A stretch of 62,651 nucleotides of DNA, the filler included, from Asterionella formosa (taxonomy: Eukaryota), in the NCBI GenBank assembly GCA_002256025.1. It is 2 parts of 2 records of this genome, joined end to end, with 100 filler letters (N's around TTAATTAATTAA, not from the genome) between each part and the next. Parts side by side here need not be neighbours in the genome. Positions count along the whole stretch, not along the records: positions 1 to 31,290 come from NKIB01000722.1; 1 more part is not named here. One strand, written 5' to 3'. This document shows, piece after piece, positions 1 through 10,737 of this stretch. The translations under genes and the position numbers were made by a program. How positions within the stretch are numbered: position 1 is the stretch's first letter; each line of letters starts with the position of its first letter. The notes below the pieces were generated by a model. The model saw only the letters and a list, made by a program, of their open reading frames with translations, was not told the DNA's origin and ran no database searches.

Positions 1-473
1 CCCCCCCCTTGCTGTTACTTCTTACTCTACCATTTATGAAGACAACATTGCATGTCTTTCCCAAGCCAATTTTCCAAAAATGACTCCCCGTACCAAGCAC
101 ATTGCTGTTTCTTACCATTGGTTCCGTGAATACGTCCTCGCTGGCGTGCTACGCATCCTGAGAATTGACACTGCAGTCGACCCCGCCGACATTTTTACCA
201 AAGGTCTTGTTGCTGAGAAATTTACAGCTATTCGCAAACTCGTCTGTGGTTGGTGACATTTTGCCTCCCCGGCTCAGCTGAGAGGAAGAGTTAAATACCA
301 ACTTATACCTCTCCAGAATTTTGGTTCCAACGAGACTTTTCTAGTCACTGGTCAACTAAGAAATGAAAAATGAATTAAAACGAAATGCTAAACTAGAAGT
401 TAAGTCTACTACTACTTATACTTCTCCTTCCCTAGTAATGCAGCCATCAACAGTAACTATGTCTACCTTGACA
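1..473 (+). mobile_element. 3' end of a Ty1/Copia LTR retrotransposon: RNase H C-terminus, PPT and putative 3' LTR (~289-473)
   Basis: Translation TTIYEDNIAC...PRTKHIAVSYHWFRE...QPADIFTKGL...CGW* (stop 254-256) is a Copia RNase H end; purine tract GAGAGGAAGAG follows, then AGTTAAATACC...CTTGACA. Confidence 0.85.
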
Positions 474-598
474 CCTAACCAGCAGTATGAACCATCCCAA
501 CCACTTCTACTGAGTGCTGATGGCAGCATTGCCCTGCTATTTCTCAGCGACCTCATTCATAATTCATATTTTGTTGAGGAAGAAGTGGGTGACAACAA

Positions 599-1252
599 TG
601 TCAAGTTGGAGAGACAGGAAAATATTAATAGTGGAGTTACCACGATGGATATGACTGTTGTGGGACCGGAACTTGTTAATAGGGGAGTAACCACGATGGA
701 CAGGACTGTCGTGGGACAAGAAAATAGTAATGGAGGAGAAACAACAGTCCTGGCAGGACTGTTAAGAGACAGGAAGTTAGTAGTAGTGGTGGAGTATCCA
801 CGATGGGCAGAGAGACATAAGTTGGTATTTAACTCTCCCCCTCAGCTGAGCAAGGGAGGCAGCCACGTGAATTGCAGTGGAAGCCTCGTCATTAATGATG
901 TGGCAAAGGCGAATGAGGTCACGGCATCTACTAGTGGAGAGCACCTGGTATTCAGCCTGCATGGTAGAAAGGGTGAAAGTGGTTTGTAGTTTAGTTAAGA
1001 AACCCATAAAAGGGCACAGTCAGCAAGAGTAAGGACATAACCAGTGCGGGATTTGGCGCAAACGGGATAATTCGAGTTTTCGGTTCTTCCAAGAAGACCA
1101 GCAAAGTTACTATCGACAAAACAGTCGATTTTAAACTCCGATGTAGATGTAAAACTGATAGCCTCGTGTAGAGTAGCTACCACACAAATAACGGCAAATT
1201 TTCTTAGGAGCCACTTCATGTGAGGCACGAGGACAGTGAGAAAATCGAGCAC
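599..1252 (-). mobile_element. Second, decayed Copia 3' end in opposite orientation (frameshifted, internally deleted RNase H; PPT; putative LTR ~599-834)
   Basis: Minus-strand IDCFVDSNFAGL...KSRTGYVLTLADCALLWVS / KLQTTFTLSTMQAEY motifs; 817-861 is a near-identical reverse complement of 262-306; LTR ends in TTGACA and holds three GGAGT-ACCACGATGG repeats. Confidence 0.8.
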
Positions 1253-3366
1253 ACTGGTGTGCAGCGAATTTTTGACATTTTCATTAGGTCAAAAGAAACA
1301 AAAAGGTAACAAGAATACCAAACACTTTGACAAAAGTACTTACATTGAAGGAACAGAACAAAAAAATTAACAAATGTCAGTGGCAGAACTGAAATTGATT
1401 GTGCGTTCTTATCAAGTAGTACAATGTCTTCAAGAAACCATAAATAGGTTCATGGAAACAAGCGACATGTGGCAAATACTGCCGGTATGGAACAAAGAAG
1501 CAAGTACCAAAATGATTAAACAAAGAAAAAGCGAATTGGCGGTTATCCAAAGGAACCCAACTGGCAACTTGTGGAGGTACTACCCCATCGTCAATGGGGA
1601 AACCATCAGCTACACAGGATACCCAAATTGCTTCTGAAAGCGATGATGATGTTTCTTCTTCAGTTGTTGCTACAAGAAAAAAGGCTCCTGTTGATGGTGC
1701 CATTAATAACTCCCGGATGCAGATGGACGACATGGTTCCAAATCATAAATTTTCTAATCGCAAGGACCAACAAGTACACGACAAGCTAAGGGAAAAATTT
1801 TGCACTTGCCACAGGATATTATCAACTGGTCAATGAACTCAATCACTACAAAGGTCGTAATTCGGTTCAAAACTCGTCCATACGAGGTCATCAAGAAACT
1901 TCTATTTCAGCAGCCTTACCAGAACGTTGTTCACAAAGGTTGTGAGGTGCCCTGGGGGTACCTCTTCCCTACTATGTTGGCCCTTTCCCGCCTCACAATA
2001 CGGCAGCACCAGCTGCAAGAACTGCTCATGCATCAGACGCGGTGGCTGACCAATGATCACGACTACAACGGAAAGCGATGGAAAACAACACTACAATAAT
2101 CGATTTTGGGGCCGAATGCTCTGTCCTTCTAATAGCGGAGCCTCCCTTCGAACTCAATTACAATGTGCCGACAAAAATGGCGACAACACTACTACAACTG
2201 ACGATAACTACGATGATTGTTGGAACACCAAGAAAAATAAAGGAATGGAACACAATATTATGGCCGCAGGCGCCAACCGCAATCGCAATACCGCAACACA
2301 CACACAAAGCTTATGAGCCTTCAAAATGCATTCATCTCCTCAAATCGGCGTGATCAGATCAAGCTGACAAACGCAGCAACTGATTTCACCATGCCAGACA
2401 CTTTCTTGCCCAATACAGTGGCGATCGCTGCGCGACAATCTCAGGTATCGGACAAGATGATACATCGTCCTCCTTCCAGCGCAACACTACGGCAAACAAT
2501 GTTACAACACAAGACTTGACGGCCAAATCTTCTCTAAAGGCGGAACTCTCAGTCGACTCTACTCACTTCTCCCGTGCTGCAACGACTGACCCTGATATAC
2601 TATTTGACAAAAAGAATAAAATTAGATATGAATATAGTCTACACAACAACGAGAAGATGGACTTAAAGAAAAGAAAGAATGAACTAATGCAGTGATGTTG
2701 GAAAGAATTTGCGCATCCCCAGATGTAACAGAGATCAATCACCAATGTTGTACTACAAAAGTAGGCCCACAATATGAATTGTGGAAGGAACGTCATCCTT
2801 TGGTGCAATATTGGCCCCCTTAGGACTTATTATCTCTCCAGAGTCAGGAAGGTCCGGTAATCAGCATACATAGCGTGCAGGTTGCTCGTTTTCTGTTCAT
2901 CGATTCACATACGAGAAAAGGCAGGGGTACACCCACCCCAAAAATTGTCGAACACTTAAATTTTGCTTGCGCCACTCCGTGATTCTTTAAATAGTTGTTT
3001 ATATAGACCGTAAGCCGTTAGTCATTTTATTGTCAAAATGAACTATGTCTATTTCACAGTTTTAATTATGTACGGAGTACCAGGTACCTCTGTGTTAGTC
3101 GCTATAGCAGGAGCGTAGAAGGCATTGCTTTTAGTATCCCAACAATGAAAAGATGCTTCCATCGTGATAAAATATGAAAAGTAAACACGACTCGTACACT
3201 GGTACCGGTAGTTGTTCTCTTCATATGTACAAAGTAGGTTGCTTGACGTCCGTCAGCAAGTTAAAGTTAGCAGTCAGCGATTTCGTGTCAGTAGTCAGCA
3301 ACTTCTTGTTCCTATATAGCGGCAATATCCCACCCATCTGGGAAATTATCATTTTCGTTTGGGAAT

Positions 3367-3783
3367 GTAGAGTGCATGGCAGTTGAAATCCTGAACTAGG
3401 TTCACTCAGCCATTGTTTGACCAACAACTTTGCACCACTAAGCGAGGGAGGAAACGATGTCTTCATATGTTTTTTTAATGTCTGGTGTGATGGTCCACGA
3501 TAAATTTTCTCGAAATTACCCACGTTACGGCGGGCCTTGAAAGGCCAATTCATTACATCGCTCATCAAAGAATGAAGGTGGCAATAAATTTTCGTTGAGA
3601 AATGACATAAGTTCCAACTCGATGGGATCCATTGCTAATGTTTCCCTTCTGGTAATACCCAAGTGTTTTGGACGAGGAATATGTTTCGCTTGATCCAACA
3701 AAATTCCTTCATCATTCATAGTTTTCAACATACTGTATCTTTTTCCTGAAATCGAATCAATGTGTATAGTCTCTTCTTGTTCC
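3367..3783 (-). mobile_element. Decayed DNA-transposase-like fragment (Plavaka-like), paralogous to 52720-53120
   Basis: Peptides LKTMNDEGILLDQ..RETLAMDPIELELM..LLVKQWLSEPSSGFQLPCTLH are shared with the 52.7-53.1 kb copy. Confidence 0.5.
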
Positions 3784-5300
3784 TATATAGCGGCAATATC
3801 CCACCCATCTGGGAAATTATCATTTTCTTTTGGGAATGACACATTAACAGATGATTGTGGAATAGAGGGAAAATTTAACGGATGTGTTTGTTGTTTGAGA
3901 ATGAGATGTGTTTGTTGATTGAGAATCAATTGTATATCCAGCAATTGTCTATCATGTATTAAATTAAATTCAAGAGGATTTTGAATAATGTCTGCGAAGA
4001 TTGGATGATTGAGTAAATTGGTAAACAGAGGTTCATAAACTAATTCAATTGAGAAAGTAGTAGAAGTGGATGTTGATGCTGAAGATTTCGGCCCAATATC
4101 ATCCCCCACCAAAGACTCAAGCCTCGGGAGGCGAGAGATAGAATCTGTAATATTTAGCATTATCAGTACCCTTCACATCGTGAAAAGTAAGAAGATATTC
4201 TTCAATATAAAGCCTCCGCCGGAGAACACATTAAGTGTCTGTGTAAGTTATTATAGATTAAAATATGATGATCAGTGTGAACATGTAGAACAGCATTCAA
4301 TAACATACTAGAACGAAATTCTTTGAAAGTTTCTTAATTAATTATCAGAGACATCAGTAAAATATGGAAAGGAAAATTACGATCAGGATAACGCATGAGT
4401 GTATCTGCAACTAACAATGCTTTCATTGATTCAAAAGCTTGTTGATGTAGTCAATGCATAGGTAACCAGTCAAATGGACCAGTTCCATTTAAATCCCTTT
4501 TTAATTTTGAAGACCAAAATTTGAGGTCAGTTGGAGTTTATCGATATCCCAATGAGTCAGTTTCTTCAATAGACTATTTCATTTGGAATTGTGCTTGATG
4601 ACTTGTGGTTAAATAAATTTATGTCAGCCATAACAGCAGCTTTTCATGTCTGTATAGTTTGCAGCTTTAATGTTCCATGTGTAAACATAATCCTTGATAG
4701 GTGTATCAAAATATAACAACCCATTTTGTAAATGTTCTGTATCATTATAGGAATCAATGACATATAGAAAAACTGATATATCCATCATGCAGGACATGGT
4801 ATTTTTGTACAAAATCCATCATAAATTAACCAGCTGGTCAAATGAACAAACTCGCAGATGAACAAATTTGCAGAATTTACTAAGACCAGGTAATTCTGTT
4901 GCAAGACATAAGCTGACAGATTAAATTTTGGGAGCATCATGTTTATGAAAGAGTACTGGCAAAGGAAGAAAACTTCATACCTGCTATGCAAGGCATATAT
5001 TAATTATAAATGTTCGATGGACAACGAAATGTCCTTAAGTCCAATCAATTCATAAGTTAAAGATCAGGACCCACCGCAATGAAATAAGATTCATCTCATG
5101 TCATGTATATACACAGTAGCCACCAATCCTTGGGTTGCTAATGAAATGGGAATGAAATGCAATGAAGCTAATGCATTCTTAGGCAAAGAAAAAATGAGAC
5201 CGGAATCAGGCCTTGAGATGTGCATATGGGATGATAAATTGAATCTACCTTTGCATTTTAAAATATCCCACATTACAATAGCAGCAATATCCAACCTGTA
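3783..5300 (-). mobile_element. Heavily decayed Ty3/Gypsy pol (RT, RNase H, linker)
   Basis: Frameshifted minus-strand motifs EETDSLGYR*TPTDLK, HQQAFESMKALLVADTLMRYPDRNFPFHI, HTDHH, VLRRRLYIEEY, DSISRLP. Confidence 0.7.
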
Positions 5301-5951
5301 GTTATCCTGTAAATAACAAATGTTATCAAGGTAATTATTAATTTAAGACATTTTCAATGTGCCGTCATAAATATATATATATATATATAAATACATTATA
5401 AAAATCATAGCATTGCTATTGTTGCACATACTTCTGTTAAGGCAATCTGTTCAGCATTCTGTTGGTTTTTAGGCACAATGGCTACTAGCTGACCAACAGG
5501 AGGGTTCATGACCACTAAAATTTTCTGGGCAGATTCATAAAAGTTGGCAGGTATGGCCATTGGCACAGTAACCTAACCAGACATTATCATAGGGTTAACC
5601 CATGGATTTGTATAAAACATGCATGGAAGAAGAACATGAATAGTAGAGTTAGCTGTGTCAGTATGATAATTCGCTCCATGTAGAGTTTCCATGCCAGAGG
5701 AACAGGAACAGGGTTAGTAGTGTTAGTAATGTTAACTCAATGGGCTTATGTTTGACTGTTGTTTCACTATCTCGAGTTCTCTCATTTTTGAGTTCTGATG
5801 TAGATGATATAACACTAACCCTATATACATCTGTATTGATGCGCAAGCTTGCTCACCAGATAAGGGACTACTGGTACCAGGTAGGTACCATGCCAGGGAC
5901 TGGGTACCTGGTAGTCTACACATATCTTTGGTCTATACTGGTGTCAGCATG

Positions 5952-6515
5952 TGTCTGTTAGGCTGTTGATGTCGACTGGTGTCCAAAGACTAGATATGTC
6001 TGAGGAATGTCAAAGCCGAAATAAACAGGAATTCTATAGCAGAATAATATGCAGACGAGCGGTGTGAGAATTATCTTGACTGGTCATTTCAGGGCAGTAC
6101 TGGAGCATGCTAGTAGGTGCCATATATTTCAATATGGTAGCAAGCTCGTTAGTACAAGTGGTACGAGGATATACGTGAAAACCAGAGGTCGACAGTTCGA
6201 GTCCTCAGCAAGGCAGAACAGAAAGAAAAAAAGAAGAGAGAAAGGAAAGAAGAGGCGAAGAAGAAGAGAGAGGGCACTATGAAAATTGTGTCGAGCATAC
6301 ACATTAGGATGATGTGGTATATCGAGCATCAACAGAAGAGGGTGTCAGTGTGTCTGTTAGGCTGTTGATGTCGACAGGTGTCCGAAGGCTAGATGTAGTC
6401 TGAGGAATGTAAAAAACGGAAATAGACAGGATTTATGTAGCACACGAATAATCTGCAGACGAGCGGCGCGAGAAAGATCTTGACCGGTCATTCCAGGGCA
6501 GTACTGGAGCGCGCT
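5952..6515. repeat. Diverged ~160-bp direct repeat (5952-6113 and 6350-6515), possibly part of an LTR
   Basis: Both copies begin gtgtctgttaggctgttgatgtcgac and end cagggcagtactggagc; spacing ~398 bp. Confidence 0.8.
6143..6215 (+). pseudogene. tRNA-like relic or SINE-type Pol III head
   Basis: A-box-like TAGTACAAGTGG at 6150 and B-box GTTCGAGTCC at 6195, at tRNA positions 8 and 53; stems do not pair well. Confidence 0.4.
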
Positions 6516-7030
6516 AAAGTGGTGAATTGTACAACCAATTCTGCAGTACATCTATCGGTATGTATGAAAACCAGTATTGGATGCAAGACAGATTGTACAC
6601 TACAGGATATTGAATTAATGACGTCAGAACACAGTTCAAAAGCTCAACACGAGTACCGGTAAGCAATTTTCAGAAGGCAACAAGCCAACCGATGTTATTC
6701 GCATTCCAGAAGACACGCACGAGAAACGGAGATACCATTTTTGCTCGTGTATATAAAATAAACAGTGTTCGGGCGTTGTCATGACGGATCAACTAAGCTA
6801 CCGGTAGAGGAGAATATCCAAAAATAAGAACGAAAGTTGGATTAACATTCTTTAGCGCGAGAAGGCCACCAACACCATCATCGAAAAACACGTACCAGGT
6901 ACCAGGTACCCTGATACTCCCTCCGCAATTGAGCCGGAGAAAATCGTAGGAGTCGAAATTTCCACGGATAAATTTGAAAAATCGATGCAACTGTTTCCGG
7001 ACAGGGAGTACTAGGTAGGTGGTAAGAATA

Positions 7031-7107
7031 ATGATCCAGGAGCGACAGGAAAATCATGATATAGGAGCGACAGGAAAATCATGATCCAGGAGCGACAGGA
7101 AAATCAT
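7031..7107 (+). repeat. 3 x 25-bp tandem repeat just upstream of the HSF gene
   Basis: atgatccaggagcgacaggaaaatc at 7031, 7056 (variant) and 7081. Confidence 0.95.
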
Positions 7108-7136
7108 AAACTAAACGACAATTGATTTCGGTAACG

Positions 7137-8306
7137 ATGATGCCTTCTCTGTGGTTAGATCGTCCTGATGAGCGCGCTGTTGCCCTCCTCAATTTCCAGC
7201 GTGATACTGCTGTTAACTTGAACCCTGCCGTTGCGGCCGCAATTCTCAATGAGGGACCGACTGTGTCGATCAACGGCTCGTGGCATCCTTCGCTACGACC
7301 AAACGAACTCCAGCGCAATTCCACATCTTATCCAGAATCGTCCAATTCGAACCCCGAACTTATGGCCGCTCTTGCCCTTGATACTTATTTTTCAAATCAT
7401 CCCCTCAATGCAATCTCCATGTCAAGGGCACTGCAGAGTCACTCGACTTCCCCTTTCGTGAATTCTCTCTTTCCTTTTTCATCAATTCCTCGACTTGGCG
7501 AGCTCTCATCCCAATCACGGAGCTTTGACGTTTCAAGTTTGTTACAGAATGATTCCTTTCTAGAGGTTTCAAATGCCGTTCAGCATGAAGCAACAGTATC
7601 AAAGGCTTTTCAAAGAGGCCGTGAAGAAGCCATTTTGTCCTTACTTCGCTTTGTCAAGCCACAAGCCCCTTCCGTCAATCACACAGCTGCAACTGTTGGA
7701 GGTGTGGCTCATGAAGCGGCTGATCTTGCAAGCGCGAAGGTCCCTACTGATAGTGTGCTTAAGATACTTGGTCTTGACACTCGAAGAAAGTCGAAAGCAT
7801 CTTACATTGATGCTTCCTCCCTCGATGACCCTGATGAAGCAACCTTGTCCAAGCGTCGCACAAGAGGAGGAGTCATTGAGCCCTTCCCAGAGAAGCTTCA
7901 CCGCATGCTCCGCGAATCTGTCGAGAACGGGGATACTGAAGTCATTTCTTTCTACCCTCATGGGCGCGCCTTTGGTATTCATCACCAAGGTCGTTTCTGT
8001 CGCGAGATCATGCCCAAGTACTTCCGGCAATCTCGATTGTCGTCGTTTCAGCGACAGTTGAATCTATACGGATTTCAAAGAATCTCCTCTGGACCTGACT
8101 GCGGAGGATATTATCACGAACTATTCCTGATGGGAAGACCGGCCTTGTGCCTTCACATGCGACGTGTGAGCACTTCTCAAGTTACCGCCAAGGGGGTCAC
8201 TCATGAACCAAAGTCTAGTGTTCCCTCTGGTGCGTCGCCTGACTTTTACTCTATGTCGCCTATCAAAGGAGGCAAGGCGGCAAGTTCTGTAGATGCACGT
8301 TATTGA
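7137..8306 (+). CDS. Heat shock factor-family transcription factor (diatom type, C-terminal HSF DNA-binding domain)
   Basis: GGVIEPFPEKLHRML...PHGRAF...MPKYFRQSRLSSFQRQLNLYGF...YYHELF; first in-frame ATG at 7137. Confidence 0.92.
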   Translation: MMPSLWLDRPDERAVALLNFQRDTAVNLNPAVAAAILNEGPTVSINGSWHPSLRPNELQRNSTSYPESSNSNPELMAALALDTYFSNHPLNAISMSRALQSHSTSPFVNSLFPFSSIPRLGELSSQSRSFDVSSLLQNDSFLEVSNAVQHEATVSKAFQRGREEAILSLLRFVKPQAPSVNHTAATVGGVAHEAADLASAKVPTDSVLKILGLDTRRKSKASYIDASSLDDPDEATLSKRRTRGGVIEPFPEKLHRMLRESVENGDTEVISFYPHGRAFGIHHQGRFCREIMPKYFRQSRLSSFQRQLNLYGFQRISSGPDCGGYYHELFLMGRPALCLHMRRVSTSQVTAKGVTHEPKSSVPSGASPDFYSMSPIKGGKAASSVDARY

Positions 8307-8704
8307 TGCATTTTAGTACATATTTACAATTTACAGCGCTAATGCATAGTAATGTAGTCCTATTTTTTACTGTTTCATTTGTGGGCTGATCTATCATAAT
8401 TTCATCAACTTCGGTGGTTGGCTTCTCTGGGTAACCCACTATACATGGATCAATATTATTTCTACATCCAATTTCGCCCTTGACTGGGAAACTAGGACGG
8501 GTTGTCTCAAGCAATGGCGCCGGAATGGGTCTCCAATTCCTGCTCCTTCACACCACAAGCACATCTCTTGTTTATTGCTAGAAACGATAAGTGGGCACCA
8601 AGTTCAATGCCGGCTTCATTACTTGTCTGAATTATTAGCACTGGATTAAGTCCCTGAACGAAGTGACGTGTCGAGCTCGAAAACTTGCGCATATTTCATC
8701 AATT

Positions 8705-10231
8705 TCATTTCGCCATCGTTTTCTTAGGCGAAGTCCTTCGAAAGCTAACCGTCGCACTATTACTCGAGTCAGCGGAGTCAAAACGAGAGAAGTGATGTGG
8801 CTGTAGGCTCTCAAGTGATCGTCTCTCGTATCCATCAGCTTCGTACGGAGGTAATTTCTCCAAATTGAGATCATAGACTTGGAAATTCTCAGGCAAAAAC
8901 TCATGGGTGCCCCAAGTATCCCAATTTTCACCACAATTTCCATCGTCGTATTCACCGATCAAGATGTATTCATCCACTTCTCCTTGCCGAAAGATAGAAG
9001 TCCAGTCAACTCCAGCAGGCATCCAGCTGCAAATAACAATAACTTGCTTCGAAGGATTGCTGGCATATTTATTAATAGCCTCAGCTACACCAAGTGTTTC
9101 TACCATCGCTTTTGGTTTTATTCTCCAACTGCCGTCGTCGACAGACATGACATCAGGAGTGTGATTTGGTGTTGATTTCTTGATAGAAGTCTTCTTGCTG
9201 CTGGAAAAATTGCTCCGTGATTGTATTGAAAGTTGTTGACGAATCAAATTCCCGAGAATGCCGTTGCCTGCGCCAATATCCAAAATTACGGTATCACCAA
9301 TATGCGAATTTACTTTTTCGCGAAGGTAATCTCCAAGCCCTTCGATATATTCCTTTGTCCAAAATTGATAAATATCATATTCATTACAAAGTACATTAAA
9401 CGTTCCACAAGAGGCAACATGAGCACCAGCGATTTCGAGAAGATCCTCGAGGGTAAGCGATGAAACATCCGTGTCCATTGGTATGTCTGCGATTCTCATG
9501 CTAGACCCGAAAACCACCGCGACCTGTCCACCCAAGTCATCTGCGAGTTTTTCCATGCGAGCAAATATCCCTTCCTCATCCTTGACTCGTCTCCATTCCT
9601 GCATTCCAAATGCATCAATGATAGTTTTGGTTGACGGAATTGATCCAATTCTACCAATTGAATTTTGTTCCATATTGTTGTGATCCAACAATGTATTGCC
9701 TTCCTGATTGTGCCCCGCTGTTGATATTTGAGGTGACTCCCGAATCTTCGGATGGCGTTCGAGGGCTTTCTTCAGTGCGAAACTGTACTTCGCTGCGAGA
9801 AACTCTTCACGGGCCCATTTGATAAATCGTGTGTGATACTGCCACCTAACAACGTCCGACCACTTCTCATTTGGCACCAAGACAGGTCGCAAGTAATCTT
9901 CTAGGATCTTCACACGCATCTGGCCGTCCGTAATCTTGTGCAGATATTCGTGATCTGGTCCCTCCCCAAAGACGGAGTCAAAGATCTTTTCAATCCATTG
10001 CTCCAGCGAACTTTCGCTCCGCTTTTTCCTATCTGAAATGTCTTGGTCAACTTCCAGACTGATAATCTTTTGAGCCCATGGAATGGTAAGCATCTGATCC
10101 AAGAATGGATTGTCTCGCAATTTCCCCATTCCAAGAATATGCCGTACCCGTAAGCCATTGCGAAGCAAGAAAGGACCTGCCAACCGGTTAAATCGAATTG
10201 TAACCTTGGCAAGGATTGTCAAGACGACCAT
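8705..10231 (-). CDS. Uncharacterised class I SAM-dependent methyltransferase-like protein (start uncertain)
   Basis: >500-codon ORF; SAM motif I VILDIGAGNG; VICSWMP...EYILIGE block; first ATG at 10231, ORF open from 10309. Confidence 0.65.
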   Translation of the reverse strand: MVVLTILAKVTIRFNRLAGPFLLRNGLRVRHILGMGKLRDNPFLDQMLTIPWAQKIISLEVDQDISDRKKRSESSLEQWIEKIFDSVFGEGPDHEYLHKITDGQMRVKILEDYLRPVLVPNEKWSDVVRWQYHTRFIKWAREEFLAAKYSFALKKALERHPKIRESPQISTAGHNQEGNTLLDHNNMEQNSIGRIGSIPSTKTIIDAFGMQEWRRVKDEEGIFARMEKLADDLGGQVAVVFGSSMRIADIPMDTDVSSLTLEDLLEIAGAHVASCGTFNVLCNEYDIYQFWTKEYIEGLGDYLREKVNSHIGDTVILDIGAGNGILGNLIRQQLSIQSRSNFSSSKKTSIKKSTPNHTPDVMSVDDGSWRIKPKAMVETLGVAEAINKYASNPSKQVIVICSWMPAGVDWTSIFRQGEVDEYILIGEYDDGNCGENWDTWGTHEFLPENFQVYDLNLEKLPPYEADGYERRSLESLQPHHFSRFDSADSSNSATVSFRRTSPKKTMAK

Positions 10232-10737
10232 TGTCTGAGTCTGACTTGGTCGATTCTGAATCAATCGTAAGCAAAGCAAACTTATCAAGATGCTAGCTCG
10301 GCATACCACGTGCGTACTGGCAGTCTATTGTCACAGCATTGACCATGGATGGTCAATTGTAACAACAAGGGGGCCAAAAGGTGTAGGTTCTCTGGAGCCA
10401 ATGCATGGGCATGCCATCATGATGGATGTCAGATCCTGTCTGTGTGCACCCTGGTACCAGTACCGGTAGTGCGTGGGCAAACATGGTACCGGTAGGAACA
10501 ATCACTTTGAGTGCTCATAACCCAGTGGAATCTCGATAACGTCAAATCATCGCCATCTTAACGTCTATTTGGCCGTGACGGCTCGGCATCTATTCGTTGC
10601 AGAGGTGAATATTTCCATACTTTGGCTCACTGTGGAAGTACGCCGCTGTTGCAATTATTAAGCACAGGATCCTTTTGTACGAGACCAGGTAACTTCTTAA
10701 CTCTTGTCTATTTATCAGAAGAAGAAAAGACTTGACC

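Noticed and set aside
363..989. 208-aa plus-strand ORF
   Set aside because: Runs through two LTRs and the antisense of a Copia RNase H; its repeats mirror LTR tandem repeats.
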